Shown: positions 47,711-58,716, counted from the first letter of the stretch. The stretch: DNA of 64,000 nucleotides from Candidatus Terraquivivens ruidianensis (GCA_023267885.1 JALNLB010000003.1:12792-76791), one strand, 5' to 3'. Numbers and translations: made by a program. The notes: generated from the sequence alone by a model not told the origin.

Positions 47711-48343
47711 TCATCGCATGTATGAGGCTATCAAAGTAATCCCGCGTCTTTCCGCCTCCTTACTTGCTGAAGGATGTATGAGGTAGCCGAACATCAATTT
47801 GTATGCTGGCATGCCGAGATAATTCTCAATAATCTTCACCTTTCGGTCAAACTCCTCGACGTCCCTGCCGTATATTCTTGACCTAACCTCTCCTACAACC
47901 TTAACCGTCTCGCCGTTTTTCTTGCCGTCGCCGTAGAGGTCAACCTGTACCTCCTCACCATCTATAACAAAAAATGTCCTACCGACCTCGACCTCTATGC
48001 CCTCATGTCTATAAAGCCAGCCGGGGACAACGACCTGTGCTATATCCTCAAGCCCGAAGCCAATAACCTCTGATAACTTGCCTACCTGAACCGCAAGCTC
48101 TTTTAGCGCCGCATCTGTCCTCTGCTGAGCCTCAGCAAGCCTTGCCACCGCATCCTCCAGCCTCCCAACCCTTTCCTCTGTCCTCTGCTGAGCCTCAGCA
48201 AGCCTTGCCACCGCATCCTCCAGCCTCGTGCTCGACCTCCTCAAATCTTCCATTCCTAGCATTCCGGCTACGGCATACCTGAATTCTTCGTCTTCTCTTA
48301 GTAACCTGATGAACTTCTTTTTTGTCTGGCTACTTACGGACAT
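47711..48343 (-). CDS. Coiled-coil repeat protein with a C-terminal PD-(D/E)XK-like domain (DUF3782-like)
   Basis: LLREDEEFRYAVAG; RLEDAVARLAEAQQRT twice; EVQVDLYG...VGEVRSRI. Confidence 0.8.
   Translation of the reverse strand: MSVSSQTKKKFIRLLREDEEFRYAVAGMLGMEDLRRSSTRLEDAVARLAEAQQRTEERVGRLEDAVARLAEAQQRTDAALKELAVQVGKLSEVIGFGLEDIAQVVVPGWLYRHEGIEVEVGRTFFVIDGEEVQVDLYGDGKKNGETVKVVGEVRSRIYGRDVEEFDRKVKIIENYLGMPAYKLMFGYLIHPSASKEAERRGITLIASYMR
48114..48227 (+). repeat. Intragenic tandem duplication, 51 bp identical with a 63-bp period
   Basis: 48114-48164 is identical to 48177-48227. Confidence 0.9.
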
Positions 48344-48700
48344 CCTGCAGCACGTCTAGCCTTTCTAATATAAAACCATTCAATACGCGCACTCACATAG
48401 TCCATCGCTGGCCTACTTAGAAAGGGTTTTTACTGTACAATAATTTCTGGATAGTTCAGATGTTCTTGAAAGCATCCAGAGAGTATTGCCTCGTCGCAGC
48501 CCCACCAGCTCTGCCGTTTCATAGGAGATTCTGCATGTAATACCGTGAAATTCTTAAAGGCGCTTTGACGGTGTGCTTTAAATTTTTGACTTCTACGTTC
48601 TGATTCCTTGAAATTTTGTGTATTCTAATCAGTAGAATGTCTCTAGAAACGAGCTGGTTAAATAAAGCAGGTACAAGCATTCGGTCGCAAAATTGCGAGC

Positions 48701-51700
48701 GTGATGAGAAAAATGGATAGACGTGCGAAGATAACCGCGCTGGCGCTTTTGGTAGTGATGGTTGCGGCAGTTATACTTCCTGCCGCGATCGTTCAGGTTA
48801 CAACAGCGCAGGCATACCATGAGGCATGGTTCAAGATAGTCACTTCTGCATGGAAAGGAACCCATAGATGGGAGTTCACAGGTTTTCCAGGTACGGGCTC
48901 TTTGGGCACTACAGGCTATTGGGATGAATATTATCCGCCAGTCTTCCCGATAGCAGACCAGTGGGGTATAATACCTGCAAGGTACAACCTAACGAAGATA
49001 GGTTCTGACGGTATCCCGACGTTGGAGCCGAACGTCGAGGTCGCAGTTTACTACCCGACAGGTCTTGAACCAAACCCCGTTGCATATTCTACGTTCACGC
49101 CGAACGGTACTGGCTTCGTAAAGGTTACATGGCCTAAAGACTGGCAAAACGTCACTATAGCAGTAAAGGCAAAGAGCTGGTACGGAGAGCCGATAAGGAC
49201 ATCTTCCAACAGGCTATACGAAGGAATTATACTGTTTATGATTAAGATAAATGCTACTAGGTACGAGTACGTTCGCAACGGCATAACTTCTGGTACTCTG
49301 TGGAGACCTAACGCGACCTTCATGTACAACGGTAGAGTAGGCATTCATCCATTCCTAGGAATGTTTGACTTTAGATACAGCGGGCCGGTTGTGTTCTGGT
49401 CGAAGGTAAGAGCCGACTCGGCCATTACCGACCTAGGTCCGGGTGCGTTCGCAGCATTCCACGCCAACGCTTCATACGCATTCCTTGCCAACTGCTCAAT
49501 TCTGTGGAAGAAGTTCCACACGCACACTTGGTATGGCATAAGGGACAACCTAAGCTATGCCCAGGTAAGGGTATACGACCTGAACTACACTGCCAACTCC
49601 CTTGGAGGAGTATCGGCACTGAGCGAGGCAACGCTGGTCGGAGCTGGAGTAACGAAGGCTCTCTACAGAGGTGATTCAAAGCTCAGGGATGCGGCTGACG
49701 GTCAGACTCCTTGGATACCCATACCCACCCAGACATTCCACCTGGGACTGAGGCTACCGTTCGCCCTCAGACATCCAACTGGAGATTTTGGCTTCGGCAA
49801 CGCCAGCTTCCCAGCAGGCCAGGCTAACACTGGCCCCCATCTGAACGCTACCGTCAGAGTTTGGTGGGAGACCGTCCTAGTAAACCAGACGAGGTACAGC
49901 TTCTGGGACAACCATACCATTTCTGAGAATCCAGACAGCATTATGGACACTTACGTAGACGCACCAGGTCCTCTAAACTTCACGCGTGGCGGATGGTTCA
50001 AGACACAAGATTACCATGGTATAGCGCCAAACCATAACAGCTCGTTAAACCACCTGAACTGTACGGTGTTCTACGCCAAGTTCCAGGCGAACGATACTGA
50101 CACGAGGGCAAAACACAGGACCTTCGGCGACGCTCTGGTCGATGCTCAAGTGCTAATAGTGTTGACGAAGCAGAAGGCAGGCGATGCAGGGCCAGTAGTT
50201 TACTTTGATAAGGATGAGATTGGTCTGACGAATGCTTCCAACACAGCGCTCCCAGGCCGTCATCCAGGCTATACAGACACCGTAAAGGGCTCCTCCATGG
50301 TGGGAGCTGAGGCCAACTTTACTGCTTTAGGTTACATGAGGTTCCCGAACTCATCGGTATTCTACTATGGAGGATACAAGATTGGAACTACACAGAAGGA
50401 TGTTAACCACCCATGGGTACTATACGACTACCCAGTAGTCTTCCACCCGGAGGATGCTGTGAACAGAGCAGAGGCTCTGGAGAGGCCGTGCACGAAGATA
50501 GTAAACATCAAGGAGCTGAACACGATAAGCCTTGACGATGACAAAGACAAGTGGGGCACTTTCAAGGGCATATTGGTACAAGTTAAGTGGAAGGGAGGTC
50601 CTGCTGGCGTATACGGAGGAGAATTCGTAACTGTAAACTCGACGCATATAACTAACCCATACGCCATAGCCCTCCGCAACGCATCATGGATTGTGCCTAC
50701 GAACCCAATACTGGTCAGGGCGACCCACGATGCTCTCAGCAGGTTTGATACGCCCGCCATCATGAGAGACCAGTACGGTATCAGAGGCCCGGTCTTCCCC
50801 AGACTCAGCAGGGGTGTTCTCACGCTTGGCGGCATATACCTTCTCAACTGTACTGTTTACGACCTTATGCTCCAGATAGTCGACAAGATGCTATCACCGC
50901 TCGAGCCTGCTGACACGAAGGTAGTCCTATACAGGCCGAACGGTCCTCCGGTAGAGTTCCAGGGCCTGCCTACAGAGCATACTGTACTGCTATCCGATGG
51001 AACACCAGTCTACAACGTCGTATTCTATGACTGGATATCGGCTAACGGAACGTTGTTGCTATTCCAGCTACCAGGCGATACGGGCGCTTATGGCATCAGG
51101 GTCTACTACCAAGGCGTTCTCGTCTACGATGAGCTGTTCCTGATACCCAAGCTGATAAAGACAGAGAACCTTACATTGGTAACGAACGTCTATAAGGTTC
51201 TGATAAAGGTGACGGATGCGCACGACGAGGGCTTGGCTTACACACCCGTATGGTACATACACCCAACTTACGGAGAAGTATTGGTCAACACTGCAGATGA
51301 CGGTAAGATAGATTTAGGAAAGACACCAATACCTGTCGGCGGTGGGGTAACGCTACCCACGCTGAAGTTCACTGGTGTTTACTGGAAGGGAGTTAAGGTA
51401 AAGTTCCTTGTGAAGGATGCGGTAAAGTATCCAGACGGCACGACGGCTGACTCAGAGCCTGACGGTTCCGTGTTCGTAGATACATCTAAGAGCGCATACA
51501 CGCCGATAATCGTTAGGGCAAGGATAACTGACCTAATATTCTACACATGGGACTTCCAGAAGGTTGAGAAGATAAACAATGTCAACATAACGATGTCTTG
51601 GTGGGGATACAACATAACGACTGGCAAGATTATAAAGTTCATAGAGACGATGGACCCAGGCGAAAGTAAGGACGTCGACCCGACAAAGCCAAGGCCGCCT

Positions 51701-54700
51701 ATCGGCGTACCGTGGGATTTGGCATTTGACCTGCAGAATTACAACACCTCAAGGATAGTCGCCCAGTTCTTCAGATACAAGATTACTTACTACATGGGCG
51801 AGGCCAAGGTGGTATTCCACCAGATGCCTGCTCTTGATGAGGAGGTCAACAGGCCTTGCATAAACGTAACGACGTCTACTATGACATGGAGATGGACCGG
51901 CTCGAACCATGAGAGGAAGCATTTCTCTGAGCTAATAGGTTGGGCCGGAGGCGCGGGTACATTCGCCGGAAACGCAACGCCTGGCTCTAACCTGTGGGAC
52001 AGTGTTACGACAGCTGAAGATGAGGCACATGGAAGGGTCGTGCTAAGGGTTATACCCAAGGCATTCAACCCTGACGTTTACTACGAAGACATAATCAAGG
52101 CTCTGAAGTTCGAGGAGCTTACGTTCTGCCAGAGGATAGCCATCGACCTTCCGCTCTGGGCTATGGGCTTCGACGTCGTTGCGATAAACGGTGAGAGATG
52201 GCTTGGCGGCGCAGAGTTCACGATAGTCAACGACGTAAACAGGACGATGATAACGCTAGTGACGAAGAGCGATGCGCCGATAACGCTAAGGTCGATAGTG
52301 AACAAGACGAACCCATTACTATCTAGGATATGGTGGAACAGCTCATCCCACTGGACGACTTACAACTTAGGCCCAAGCGGTAGGGCTAGGATACACGTAC
52401 CCGTCGCAGGCCAGGCGATGGTCGGCGCGATTGGAAGGGGATACAGGACAGAGTCCCTGACCTTCAAGACCGACATGGGTGTTACAGTGAGGAACTTCAC
52501 TTGGTACAGGTACGGCGGCGTATGGGCCGCTAACATAGGTCCGTGGCCAGACCGGGTCTCTGCTAACTACACGTTCTACGTGACGCCGAACGTAGCGCTG
52601 AAGGATGCATGGGCCACGAAGAAGACGATGGTTAGGGTCTGGGTCTGGAGCTTTGCAGAAGGCACGATGCCAGCAAAATACGACATTCCGTACATCTACG
52701 ATAAGCAGCTACTCAGGGTTCCGCTGCCCGTTGGCTTCATAACGCTGGAGCTGACTGACCAGGGTGGCGCTAGACCACTCAAGTACGCTTTTGTAAACAT
52801 AACAGCCCACATCAACGCTACTGTAGATGATGTGTGGCCGAGGTTCGTCGTCTACCCAGGGCCTGACGGAAAGGCACAGTGGGCAGGAAAGGTCGATTCT
52901 GAAGGAAAGGCAGAGATAATCGCACCGACTGCAGGATACCTGAACTACACGAGCAAGAAGTTTGGATATGAAGGTGATCCAGTAAGGTTCAAGACCTTCA
53001 ACATAACGGTATACTGGTACCTGAACAGCAGCGTCGTCTACGAGGCTTACTTCAACCTGACGAAGATGGGATGGAAGGTAGACAAGGTAGCGGTTGCAGA
53101 CGTCGTTCTGCACCACACGATATGCTCAGACCTTAACAGGGTAGTCAAGGGACTATACGCAGACGTGGCATGGAGGAACGTGACGGCGCCTGCCAATTTC
53201 GTGCACCCAGGCATACTGACTGCCGACGACGAGAAGTGGACGTGGACGCTGACGGAGATAGACGAGACGAAGGGGAAGGCAGCATGGACAACTGGAACAG
53301 TCGAGCTTAACCTAGTACCGACGGCTATGAAGTTCAAGGTCTACGACTGGTTCCTACAGAGGGAAGTCACGTGGAACGTAAGCCATCTATGGAGGGTCGC
53401 AGCGTGGTACACCGACCTGAAGAAAGGACCCGTACAGTTCGAAGGCGAGAGCTACAAGCAGCTGATGTTCGGTAGCGGCACTGATAAGTCACCAGTCAAC
53501 TCTGCTGTCTACATAATAATAGGCGCAGCACCATTCGACCACACGACGTACAGATGGACGAGAGCGAGCACTGATGTGCTAAGCGGCTGGTGGCCGGCAA
53601 CTACTGGTAGTGATGCGGACGGAAGTGGAGCACGATTTGTTGGTAAGATAGGCAGGTATCATCCTGTTACTTCGATAGGACTCATCGATTACTACGGTAC
53701 CGTCAAGACCAAAGAGGTCGTCGAGGCAACAAGGACAGTCAAGCTAGTGGCGCTTAAGCTGAACGCAACAGACTTGGCAGTAAAGGTAGCATGGCAGAGA
53801 GGAGAGAACGAGACGGCCACTTACATAACTGGTCCGCTGGTAGGCTGGAAGGTAAAGCTGACCTACGTACCGCCATACGAGTACCTATCTGATGCTGAAA
53901 GGGATGCTCTATGGACTGCATGGAGGAGGACGCTGGAGGTAACGACAGATGACGAGGGATTTGCATGGTTCAGGAGTGGTGACACACCGGAGACGGTCAT
54001 ATGGAACGCAAGCAGGATAAAGGCAGGAATGACCAGGGAGGCATCATGGCTTGTCGTCAGCCCGCCTGCTTACATGCTGAACGAGAAGGACCCGTACTGG
54101 CGTGACAACGTCGTAAAGCCTGGCGCTGAGGCACACGGCCTTAGCGTCTTCGAGGGAACGCAGGACCCAGCTGCCATGGTCGGCGTAGACCTTACACCGG
54201 AGGGATACTTCTCATGGCTGCCAGACCCATCGCTATGGGTAAGTGATGAGTGGTTTAGCACTATCTACTCCTTGTATGGCTATCCAGGTATGTGGACTTT
54301 CTATAACGAGTGGGGTGCAGGACTATGGTTGCCTTCACTCTTTGGCGAGGGATACAGTGGAAGCTCCGGATGGGCAAGGATAGCAGGCGCATGGTACGCA
54401 AGGATAAACGTATGGCCTAACAACCCAGCGACATCCCAGCACGTGCCTTACACGCCAGTGTTCCAGTACATGGAAGTAACGGCACAGATAAGGGACTTCA
54501 ACGGAAGGCCGCTGCCAGGCGCATTCTTCTGGATGATAGACTCGGTAACTGGCAAGACGGCAGGCTGGTCCTATGCTGGTAAGGACGGCCTCACTGAAAA
54601 AGTATACCTGAGGAAGCCTGAGTTCACCCTGCTGCTCAGAGTCCACTACCTAGGCAGGGATGCTGAAGGCCATCCAGCATGGCCGTTCAACGCCTTCGGA

Positions 54701-56086
54701 AAGTGGCCGGCTAGCTACTACAGCGATGCAGACGAGACAGAGCCAGGACCTGGAATATTCGGAGAGCTAGCAAAGAGGGTAAAGGTAACGACATTAGCCC
54801 ACGAGTATCATGGTGTTTGGAGGGTCAGGCCAGGCGTCCACTGGGATATAACGGCGAGGATATTCGACATAAGGGTAAGGCATTACTACGAGACTGCTAA
54901 GCCGATAGAGGTTGATGCAACGTTCTACAGGGAGTTCCCAGATAAGCTAGGTGGAACGGTTGAGTTCAAGGCTAAGGAGATCATAGAGGTCAAGAGGCTG
55001 AACAGGGGAACCTACGAGGAGATAGCCAAGTGGCTCGGAGTTGCAGTAGGAAGGAAGAGCTTCGACCTTAGCGCTGCCAACGTAGGAACGGTCGCCGCCG
55101 AGCTTGAGTGTGCCGTCGGTGACATAAGCGTGACCGCCAAGGACATAACTGGAAGGGTGCTGAGTGACGCCATCGCAAAGTTCGAGGGCGTCGAGCAGAA
55201 GCTGACGATACCGCCGGAGATACTTGAGAAGTACGGTATTGCGAGCGAGGAGGATGCTAAGACGTTGAAGGCAGTAGGCGCAGTGTTCGTGACGAGGTTG
55301 CCGATACCGACGAACATAAGGTACAGCCTAGACCTCTCATGGACCTCGCCTGACTTCGGAACGGATGCAAAGGTCTCAGTGGTCGACACGGTCAGCGGAC
55401 TTAACGCCAGGAGGGAGATAACGCTGCCTGTTGGCGTCGTTACGATCAACGTCGTGGACGGCAAGGGAAGGGCCATAGCAGGAGCCGAGGTGTCGCTAGG
55501 ACCAGTAAAGGCTAAGACAGATGCAGCAGGAAAGGCGGTGTTCGAGAGCGTACCGCTCGAGAGGGAAGGCAGGGGCATAGCCTACCAGATAACCGTCACA
55601 CGCGAGGGTGAGGTGGTCTACAGGGAGACCGAGACCTTCTCGGTAGCTAAGACCTCGATAACGGTCATAGGAGAGCTGTATGACCTTAGTGTGCTGGTGA
55701 AGGGTGCCGCAGGCCAAGGCCTGCCGTTCGCAACGGTAACGTTGAAGAGGGCAGGCGTGGTGGTGGGACACTTCACGACCGACGAGGGAGGTGCAGTGAC
55801 GATACCGAAGCTAGTGGCCGCAGACTACGAGGTAGAGGTTGCGTACAAGGGATACACAGGGACGGCCACCATCTCGAAGGCAGACCTGACGGCTGGCAAG
55901 AGGGCTGAGGTAACGCTGCCGCCATACGTAGAGATAGCCGGCATGCCTCTGACGTTCGCCACGTTCCTAGCCTTGATAATCGGCATAGTCCTGCTGGTCA
56001 TAGTAGTAGTCGTCATAGCATTCGAGTACGTGCGCTGGCGCGGTAGAAGGGTGGGAATATTCCCGCCTCCGCCACCAAAGAAGTAG
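48701..56086 (+). CDS. Giant (2461 aa) membrane-anchored surface glycoprotein, S-layer-like
   Basis: Signal peptide ending TTAQA|Y; about 45 NxS/T sequons; repeated transthyretin-like/Cna-B-type beta domains (e.g. VVDGKGRAIAGAEV...KTDAAGKA); C-terminal TM, basic stretch and PPPPPKK. Confidence 0.85.
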   Translation: MMRKMDRRAKITALALLVVMVAAVILPAAIVQVTTAQAYHEAWFKIVTSAWKGTHRWEFTGFPGTGSLGTTGYWDEYYPPVFPIADQWGIIPARYNLTKIGSDGIPTLEPNVEVAVYYPTGLEPNPVAYSTFTPNGTGFVKVTWPKDWQNVTIAVKAKSWYGEPIRTSSNRLYEGIILFMIKINATRYEYVRNGITSGTLWRPNATFMYNGRVGIHPFLGMFDFRYSGPVVFWSKVRADSAITDLGPGAFAAFHANASYAFLANCSILWKKFHTHTWYGIRDNLSYAQVRVYDLNYTANSLGGVSALSEATLVGAGVTKALYRGDSKLRDAADGQTPWIPIPTQTFHLGLRLPFALRHPTGDFGFGNASFPAGQANTGPHLNATVRVWWETVLVNQTRYSFWDNHTISENPDSIMDTYVDAPGPLNFTRGGWFKTQDYHGIAPNHNSSLNHLNCTVFYAKFQANDTDTRAKHRTFGDALVDAQVLIVLTKQKAGDAGPVVYFDKDEIGLTNASNTALPGRHPGYTDTVKGSSMVGAEANFTALGYMRFPNSSVFYYGGYKIGTTQKDVNHPWVLYDYPVVFHPEDAVNRAEALERPCTKIVNIKELNTISLDDDKDKWGTFKGILVQVKWKGGPAGVYGGEFVTVNSTHITNPYAIALRNASWIVPTNPILVRATHDALSRFDTPAIMRDQYGIRGPVFPRLSRGVLTLGGIYLLNCTVYDLMLQIVDKMLSPLEPADTKVVLYRPNGPPVEFQGLPTEHTVLLSDGTPVYNVVFYDWISANGTLLLFQLPGDTGAYGIRVYYQGVLVYDELFLIPKLIKTENLTLVTNVYKVLIKVTDAHDEGLAYTPVWYIHPTYGEVLVNTADDGKIDLGKTPIPVGGGVTLPTLKFTGVYWKGVKVKFLVKDAVKYPDGTTADSEPDGSVFVDTSKSAYTPIIVRARITDLIFYTWDFQKVEKINNVNITMSWWGYNITTGKIIKFIETMDPGESKDVDPTKPRPPIGVPWDLAFDLQNYNTSRIVAQFFRYKITYYMGEAKVVFHQMPALDEEVNRPCINVTTSTMTWRWTGSNHERKHFSELIGWAGGAGTFAGNATPGSNLWDSVTTAEDEAHGRVVLRVIPKAFNPDVYYEDIIKALKFEELTFCQRIAIDLPLWAMGFDVVAINGERWLGGAEFTIVNDVNRTMITLVTKSDAPITLRSIVNKTNPLLSRIWWNSSSHWTTYNLGPSGRARIHVPVAGQAMVGAIGRGYRTESLTFKTDMGVTVRNFTWYRYGGVWAANIGPWPDRVSANYTFYVTPNVALKDAWATKKTMVRVWVWSFAEGTMPAKYDIPYIYDKQLLRVPLPVGFITLELTDQGGARPLKYAFVNITAHINATVDDVWPRFVVYPGPDGKAQWAGKVDSEGKAEIIAPTAGYLNYTSKKFGYEGDPVRFKTFNITVYWYLNSSVVYEAYFNLTKMGWKVDKVAVADVVLHHTICSDLNRVVKGLYADVAWRNVTAPANFVHPGILTADDEKWTWTLTEIDETKGKAAWTTGTVELNLVPTAMKFKVYDWFLQREVTWNVSHLWRVAAWYTDLKKGPVQFEGESYKQLMFGSGTDKSPVNSAVYIIIGAAPFDHTTYRWTRASTDVLSGWWPATTGSDADGSGARFVGKIGRYHPVTSIGLIDYYGTVKTKEVVEATRTVKLVALKLNATDLAVKVAWQRGENETATYITGPLVGWKVKLTYVPPYEYLSDAERDALWTAWRRTLEVTTDDEGFAWFRSGDTPETVIWNASRIKAGMTREASWLVVSPPAYMLNEKDPYWRDNVVKPGAEAHGLSVFEGTQDPAAMVGVDLTPEGYFSWLPDPSLWVSDEWFSTIYSLYGYPGMWTFYNEWGAGLWLPSLFGEGYSGSSGWARIAGAWYARINVWPNNPATSQHVPYTPVFQYMEVTAQIRDFNGRPLPGAFFWMIDSVTGKTAGWSYAGKDGLTEKVYLRKPEFTLLLRVHYLGRDAEGHPAWPFNAFGKWPASYYSDADETEPGPGIFGELAKRVKVTTLAHEYHGVWRVRPGVHWDITARIFDIRVRHYYETAKPIEVDATFYREFPDKLGGTVEFKAKEIIEVKRLNRGTYEEIAKWLGVAVGRKSFDLSAANVGTVAAELECAVGDISVTAKDITGRVLSDAIAKFEGVEQKLTIPPEILEKYGIASEEDAKTLKAVGAVFVTRLPIPTNIRYSLDLSWTSPDFGTDAKVSVVDTVSGLNARREITLPVGVVTINVVDGKGRAIAGAEVSLGPVKAKTDAAGKAVFESVPLEREGRGIAYQITVTREGEVVYRETETFSVAKTSITVIGELYDLSVLVKGAAGQGLPFATVTLKRAGVVVGHFTTDEGGAVTIPKLVAADYEVEVAYKGYTGTATISKADLTAGKRAEVTLPPYVEIAGMPLTFATFLALIIGIVLLVIVVVVIAFEYVRWRGRRVGIFPPPPPKK

Positions 56087-56122
56087 GAGCCTGCGGCGCT
56101 CCTACAAATCCCCCTTTTTATT
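56083..56122 (+). terminator. Putative terminator of the giant surface protein gene
   Basis: Hairpin GTAGGAGC/GCTCCTAC followed by CCCCCTTTTTATT. Confidence 0.6.
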
Positions 56123-56239
56123 GGTAAAATTCACGTGCTAGGAATATCTCTGCATCTTTATGCAAGCCCTAAGCTTTATTATGAGCTAGACGGCTCGCCT
56201 TATACAAAAGCTTATCAAATAGTAAAGCTAATATATTTA

Positions 56240-56980
56240 ATGAAAATGTGGATTCCGAGATGGTTAGGAGAAGGTTATGCTAGGCTCTACTCCTCTTTTT
56301 CTCGTGGTATATTCACGTTTGACGATGTCTGCAAGAGGTTAGGACTCAGCTCCAGTAGGGCGCACATATTCTTATCGGCGTTAAGAAAATCAGGGGCACT
56401 GATAGATTTTAGAAGAGGACGGCCTAGGCTCTACAGGCTCCTCGAACCTAGAAGCTTCATGCTCGTCGCCTCCGGCATAGCGAGCAGACCGCCTAACATC
56501 CAAGGAGAGTACGTGCAGCTGGTATACGACGTCCTGAGAGCCTTGAGGGCGAGCTTAAACCCGATTTCAATGACCGTTTACGGCTCGGTCGCCAGAGGAT
56601 CCGCAGGGCCAACGAGCGACGTAGACATCCTCGTCGTTTCAGACGAATTCAAGGGGAGTTTAGCATCGAGGATAGATAGGTTGCTCGAGGTTGAGCGCGA
56701 CACGGATATACGGGATGAGCTTAAGCTTCTTAGGTCGCACGGAATACACGCTAGCTTAAGCTTTTACCCGATAAGGAGGGAAGAAGCAGGGAAGCTTCCG
56801 CCCCTCTTGCTGGACGTGGCTTACGAGGCGGCCATATTGTTAGATGACGGCTTCCTGAACAACCTTCTCTCAAGATTAAGGTCTAAGCTTGAGCTAATAG
56901 GAGCTAAGCGTTACGTGCTTCAGGACGATAATTGGTACTGGGACCTAGGACCAAGGGCCTCCGAGGTCTGGGCTTTATGA
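56240..56980 (+). CDS. wHTH fused to minimal nucleotidyltransferase (MNT)
   Basis: N-terminal FTFDDV...LSALRKSG...RLYRL; VYGSVARG...SDVDILVV. Confidence 0.88.
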   Translation: MKMWIPRWLGEGYARLYSSFSRGIFTFDDVCKRLGLSSSRAHIFLSALRKSGALIDFRRGRPRLYRLLEPRSFMLVASGIASRPPNIQGEYVQLVYDVLRALRASLNPISMTVYGSVARGSAGPTSDVDILVVSDEFKGSLASRIDRLLEVERDTDIRDELKLLRSHGIHASLSFYPIRREEAGKLPPLLLDVAYEAAILLDDGFLNNLLSRLRSKLELIGAKRYVLQDDNWYWDLGPRASEVWAL

Positions 56981-57402
56981 GTGCCCTATTGAGGTTGGCT
57001 AAAGCTTACTTAAGGCAGGCTGCTGACAGGCTAGCAGACGCTAAGGGCGCACTCGAGAGGGGCAACTACCCCTATGCCCTTAGGCTCTCGCAGGAATGTG
57101 TAGAGCTTAGCTTAAAGGCATCGCTTAAGATGGTAGGGATCGAGTATCCAAAGGTTCATGACGTTTCGGACGTCTTGCTAGATTACAGGGAGAGGTTCCC
57201 AGCATGGTTCAAAGAGAAGGTAGATTTCCTCGCTGAAACTTCTAGAAAGCTTAGTAGCAAAAGGGGACTCAGCTTCTACGGTGGAGAGGAGGCTCTGCTC
57301 TCACCCGAGGAGCTGGTAAGCAAAGAGGATGCTGAGGAAGCCATGAGACGCGCCTCAGATACGCTGGAGCTGGTAAGTCGCCTCATGCCCTGTATTGAGT
57401 AA
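56977..57402 (+). CDS. HEPN domain protein
   Basis: AYLRQA...SQECVELSLKA...YPKVHDV...RGLSFYG; ATGA overlap with the MNT gene. Confidence 0.92.
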   Translation: MSALLRLAKAYLRQAADRLADAKGALERGNYPYALRLSQECVELSLKASLKMVGIEYPKVHDVSDVLLDYRERFPAWFKEKVDFLAETSRKLSSKRGLSFYGGEEALLSPEELVSKEDAEEAMRRASDTLELVSRLMPCIE

Positions 57403-57545
57403 TTGGACATCAGCCGTCATAGAGGAAGCATCCCATGTAGCCTATTTTCCTTTATGTAAATCCTATCCCCATCAGCGTATAACGTCTAGACGTCCATATC
57501 TTAAACCCTTAGGAAACGTATTTCTATGGCTAATCTTACAGAATT

Positions 57546-58565
57546 GTGACGAATAAGATGGGGAGAGCGCGCATCCTGCTACCGTTAATGGTCCTGCTTC
57601 TCGTAATGCAGTTATTGGTGGTCAACTCACAGCCCGTGCCGGGAGGCTCCTTCGATAGTGCGGGTGAGGTACGCTTAGAGGTTGGAAAAACGGCGCTGGT
57701 TAGTAGTAGCCTTTCACAATTAGAGGACCATTACTATAGGCTATCTGGAGTGAGCGCTGGACACGAGCTGGATCTGAACATAAGCATACGCTCTAAGGAG
57801 GGAGGAATGGTGATGGTATCGCTCTTTACGGAGAAGAAGGCAAAGGTGCTAGACGAGAAGTTTGTCTTAAGGGACGAGGAGCTGAGAAATATACCCCTGA
57901 GGTGGTTGACGGAAAAGGGAGGCGACTTCTACCTCAAGGTAAGCGCGGTCGGAGGAAGCCACGAGTACAACGTTTCGGCAACGCTCTTGGATAGGAGGGA
58001 TGCGGGAAAGAAGGAGGCAGGCTCGAGCATAGAGGACGCGACGTACGTAGGCATGGCATCCTATGGCATGGAGCTTTCCCTATCGGGCTACCTCGCCGCA
58101 TCGGGCGCTGGTGACGACTTTACGGACTTCTACGTCTTCGACACAATGTTGAGGAAGATGGAAGCCGTCAGGATTACCGTGCTACCCGATGCCGGTATGT
58201 CCCTAGAAGCATCCCTACATCTTCCAGACGGCTTTACGGTTACCCGAAACGGCTCCGCATCTCCGGGCAAGGGCTTTACGCTGACGCTTAAGGGAGATAT
58301 AGCAGGCAACAAGACCTTCTACCTGAAAGTTTCCAACATGGACGGCCATGGAGGCGGCGGAAGGTACTCCGTATACATCAATGCTTTTAACCTAACCGCA
58401 CCGAAGCTGGAGCCAAAGGTAAAGATAAACCTGGTGGACAAGGAGCTGGCAAGGCAGCTGATAATAATCTCAGTAGCCGTTATAGCGGGGATGACCGTCG
58501 TAGCCCTCGTCCTAAGGAGGAAAAGCGCCTCGGCCGAAGAGTGGTACGGAGCCTATCAGTATTAG
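57546..58565 (+). CDS. Secreted, C-terminally anchored protein with two PPC-like beta domains
   Basis: Signal peptide; repeats GGSFDSA...DHYYR and GSSIEDA...DFYVF; C-terminal TM plus RRK. Confidence 0.7.
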   Translation: MTNKMGRARILLPLMVLLLVMQLLVVNSQPVPGGSFDSAGEVRLEVGKTALVSSSLSQLEDHYYRLSGVSAGHELDLNISIRSKEGGMVMVSLFTEKKAKVLDEKFVLRDEELRNIPLRWLTEKGGDFYLKVSAVGGSHEYNVSATLLDRRDAGKKEAGSSIEDATYVGMASYGMELSLSGYLAASGAGDDFTDFYVFDTMLRKMEAVRITVLPDAGMSLEASLHLPDGFTVTRNGSASPGKGFTLTLKGDIAGNKTFYLKVSNMDGHGGGGRYSVYINAFNLTAPKLEPKVKINLVDKELARQLIIISVAVIAGMTVVALVLRRKSASAEEWYGAYQY

Positions 58566-58716
58566 CGAAGGAACCTTTGGGTTTGGTGGCGATAACATCC
58601 GGAGATAGGGATGATAGCATAAAGAAGACAGTCAAAAACATCGTCGGTAATCTCTCAGCAAGCTCGCAGCTTATGATAGCTTAAATACCCCGGGTAAAAA
58701 TTTAACATCGAGCGGT

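Noticed and set aside
55900-58565. Giant protein or the 57546 protein as archaeosortase substrates
   Set aside because: Their C-terminal TM helices lack a PE/PGF-type motif and have longer cytoplasmic tails
57440-58630. Weak inverted similarity (GATAGG...CATAAAG) flanking the 57546 gene
   Set aside because: Too short and gapped to support terminal inverted repeats
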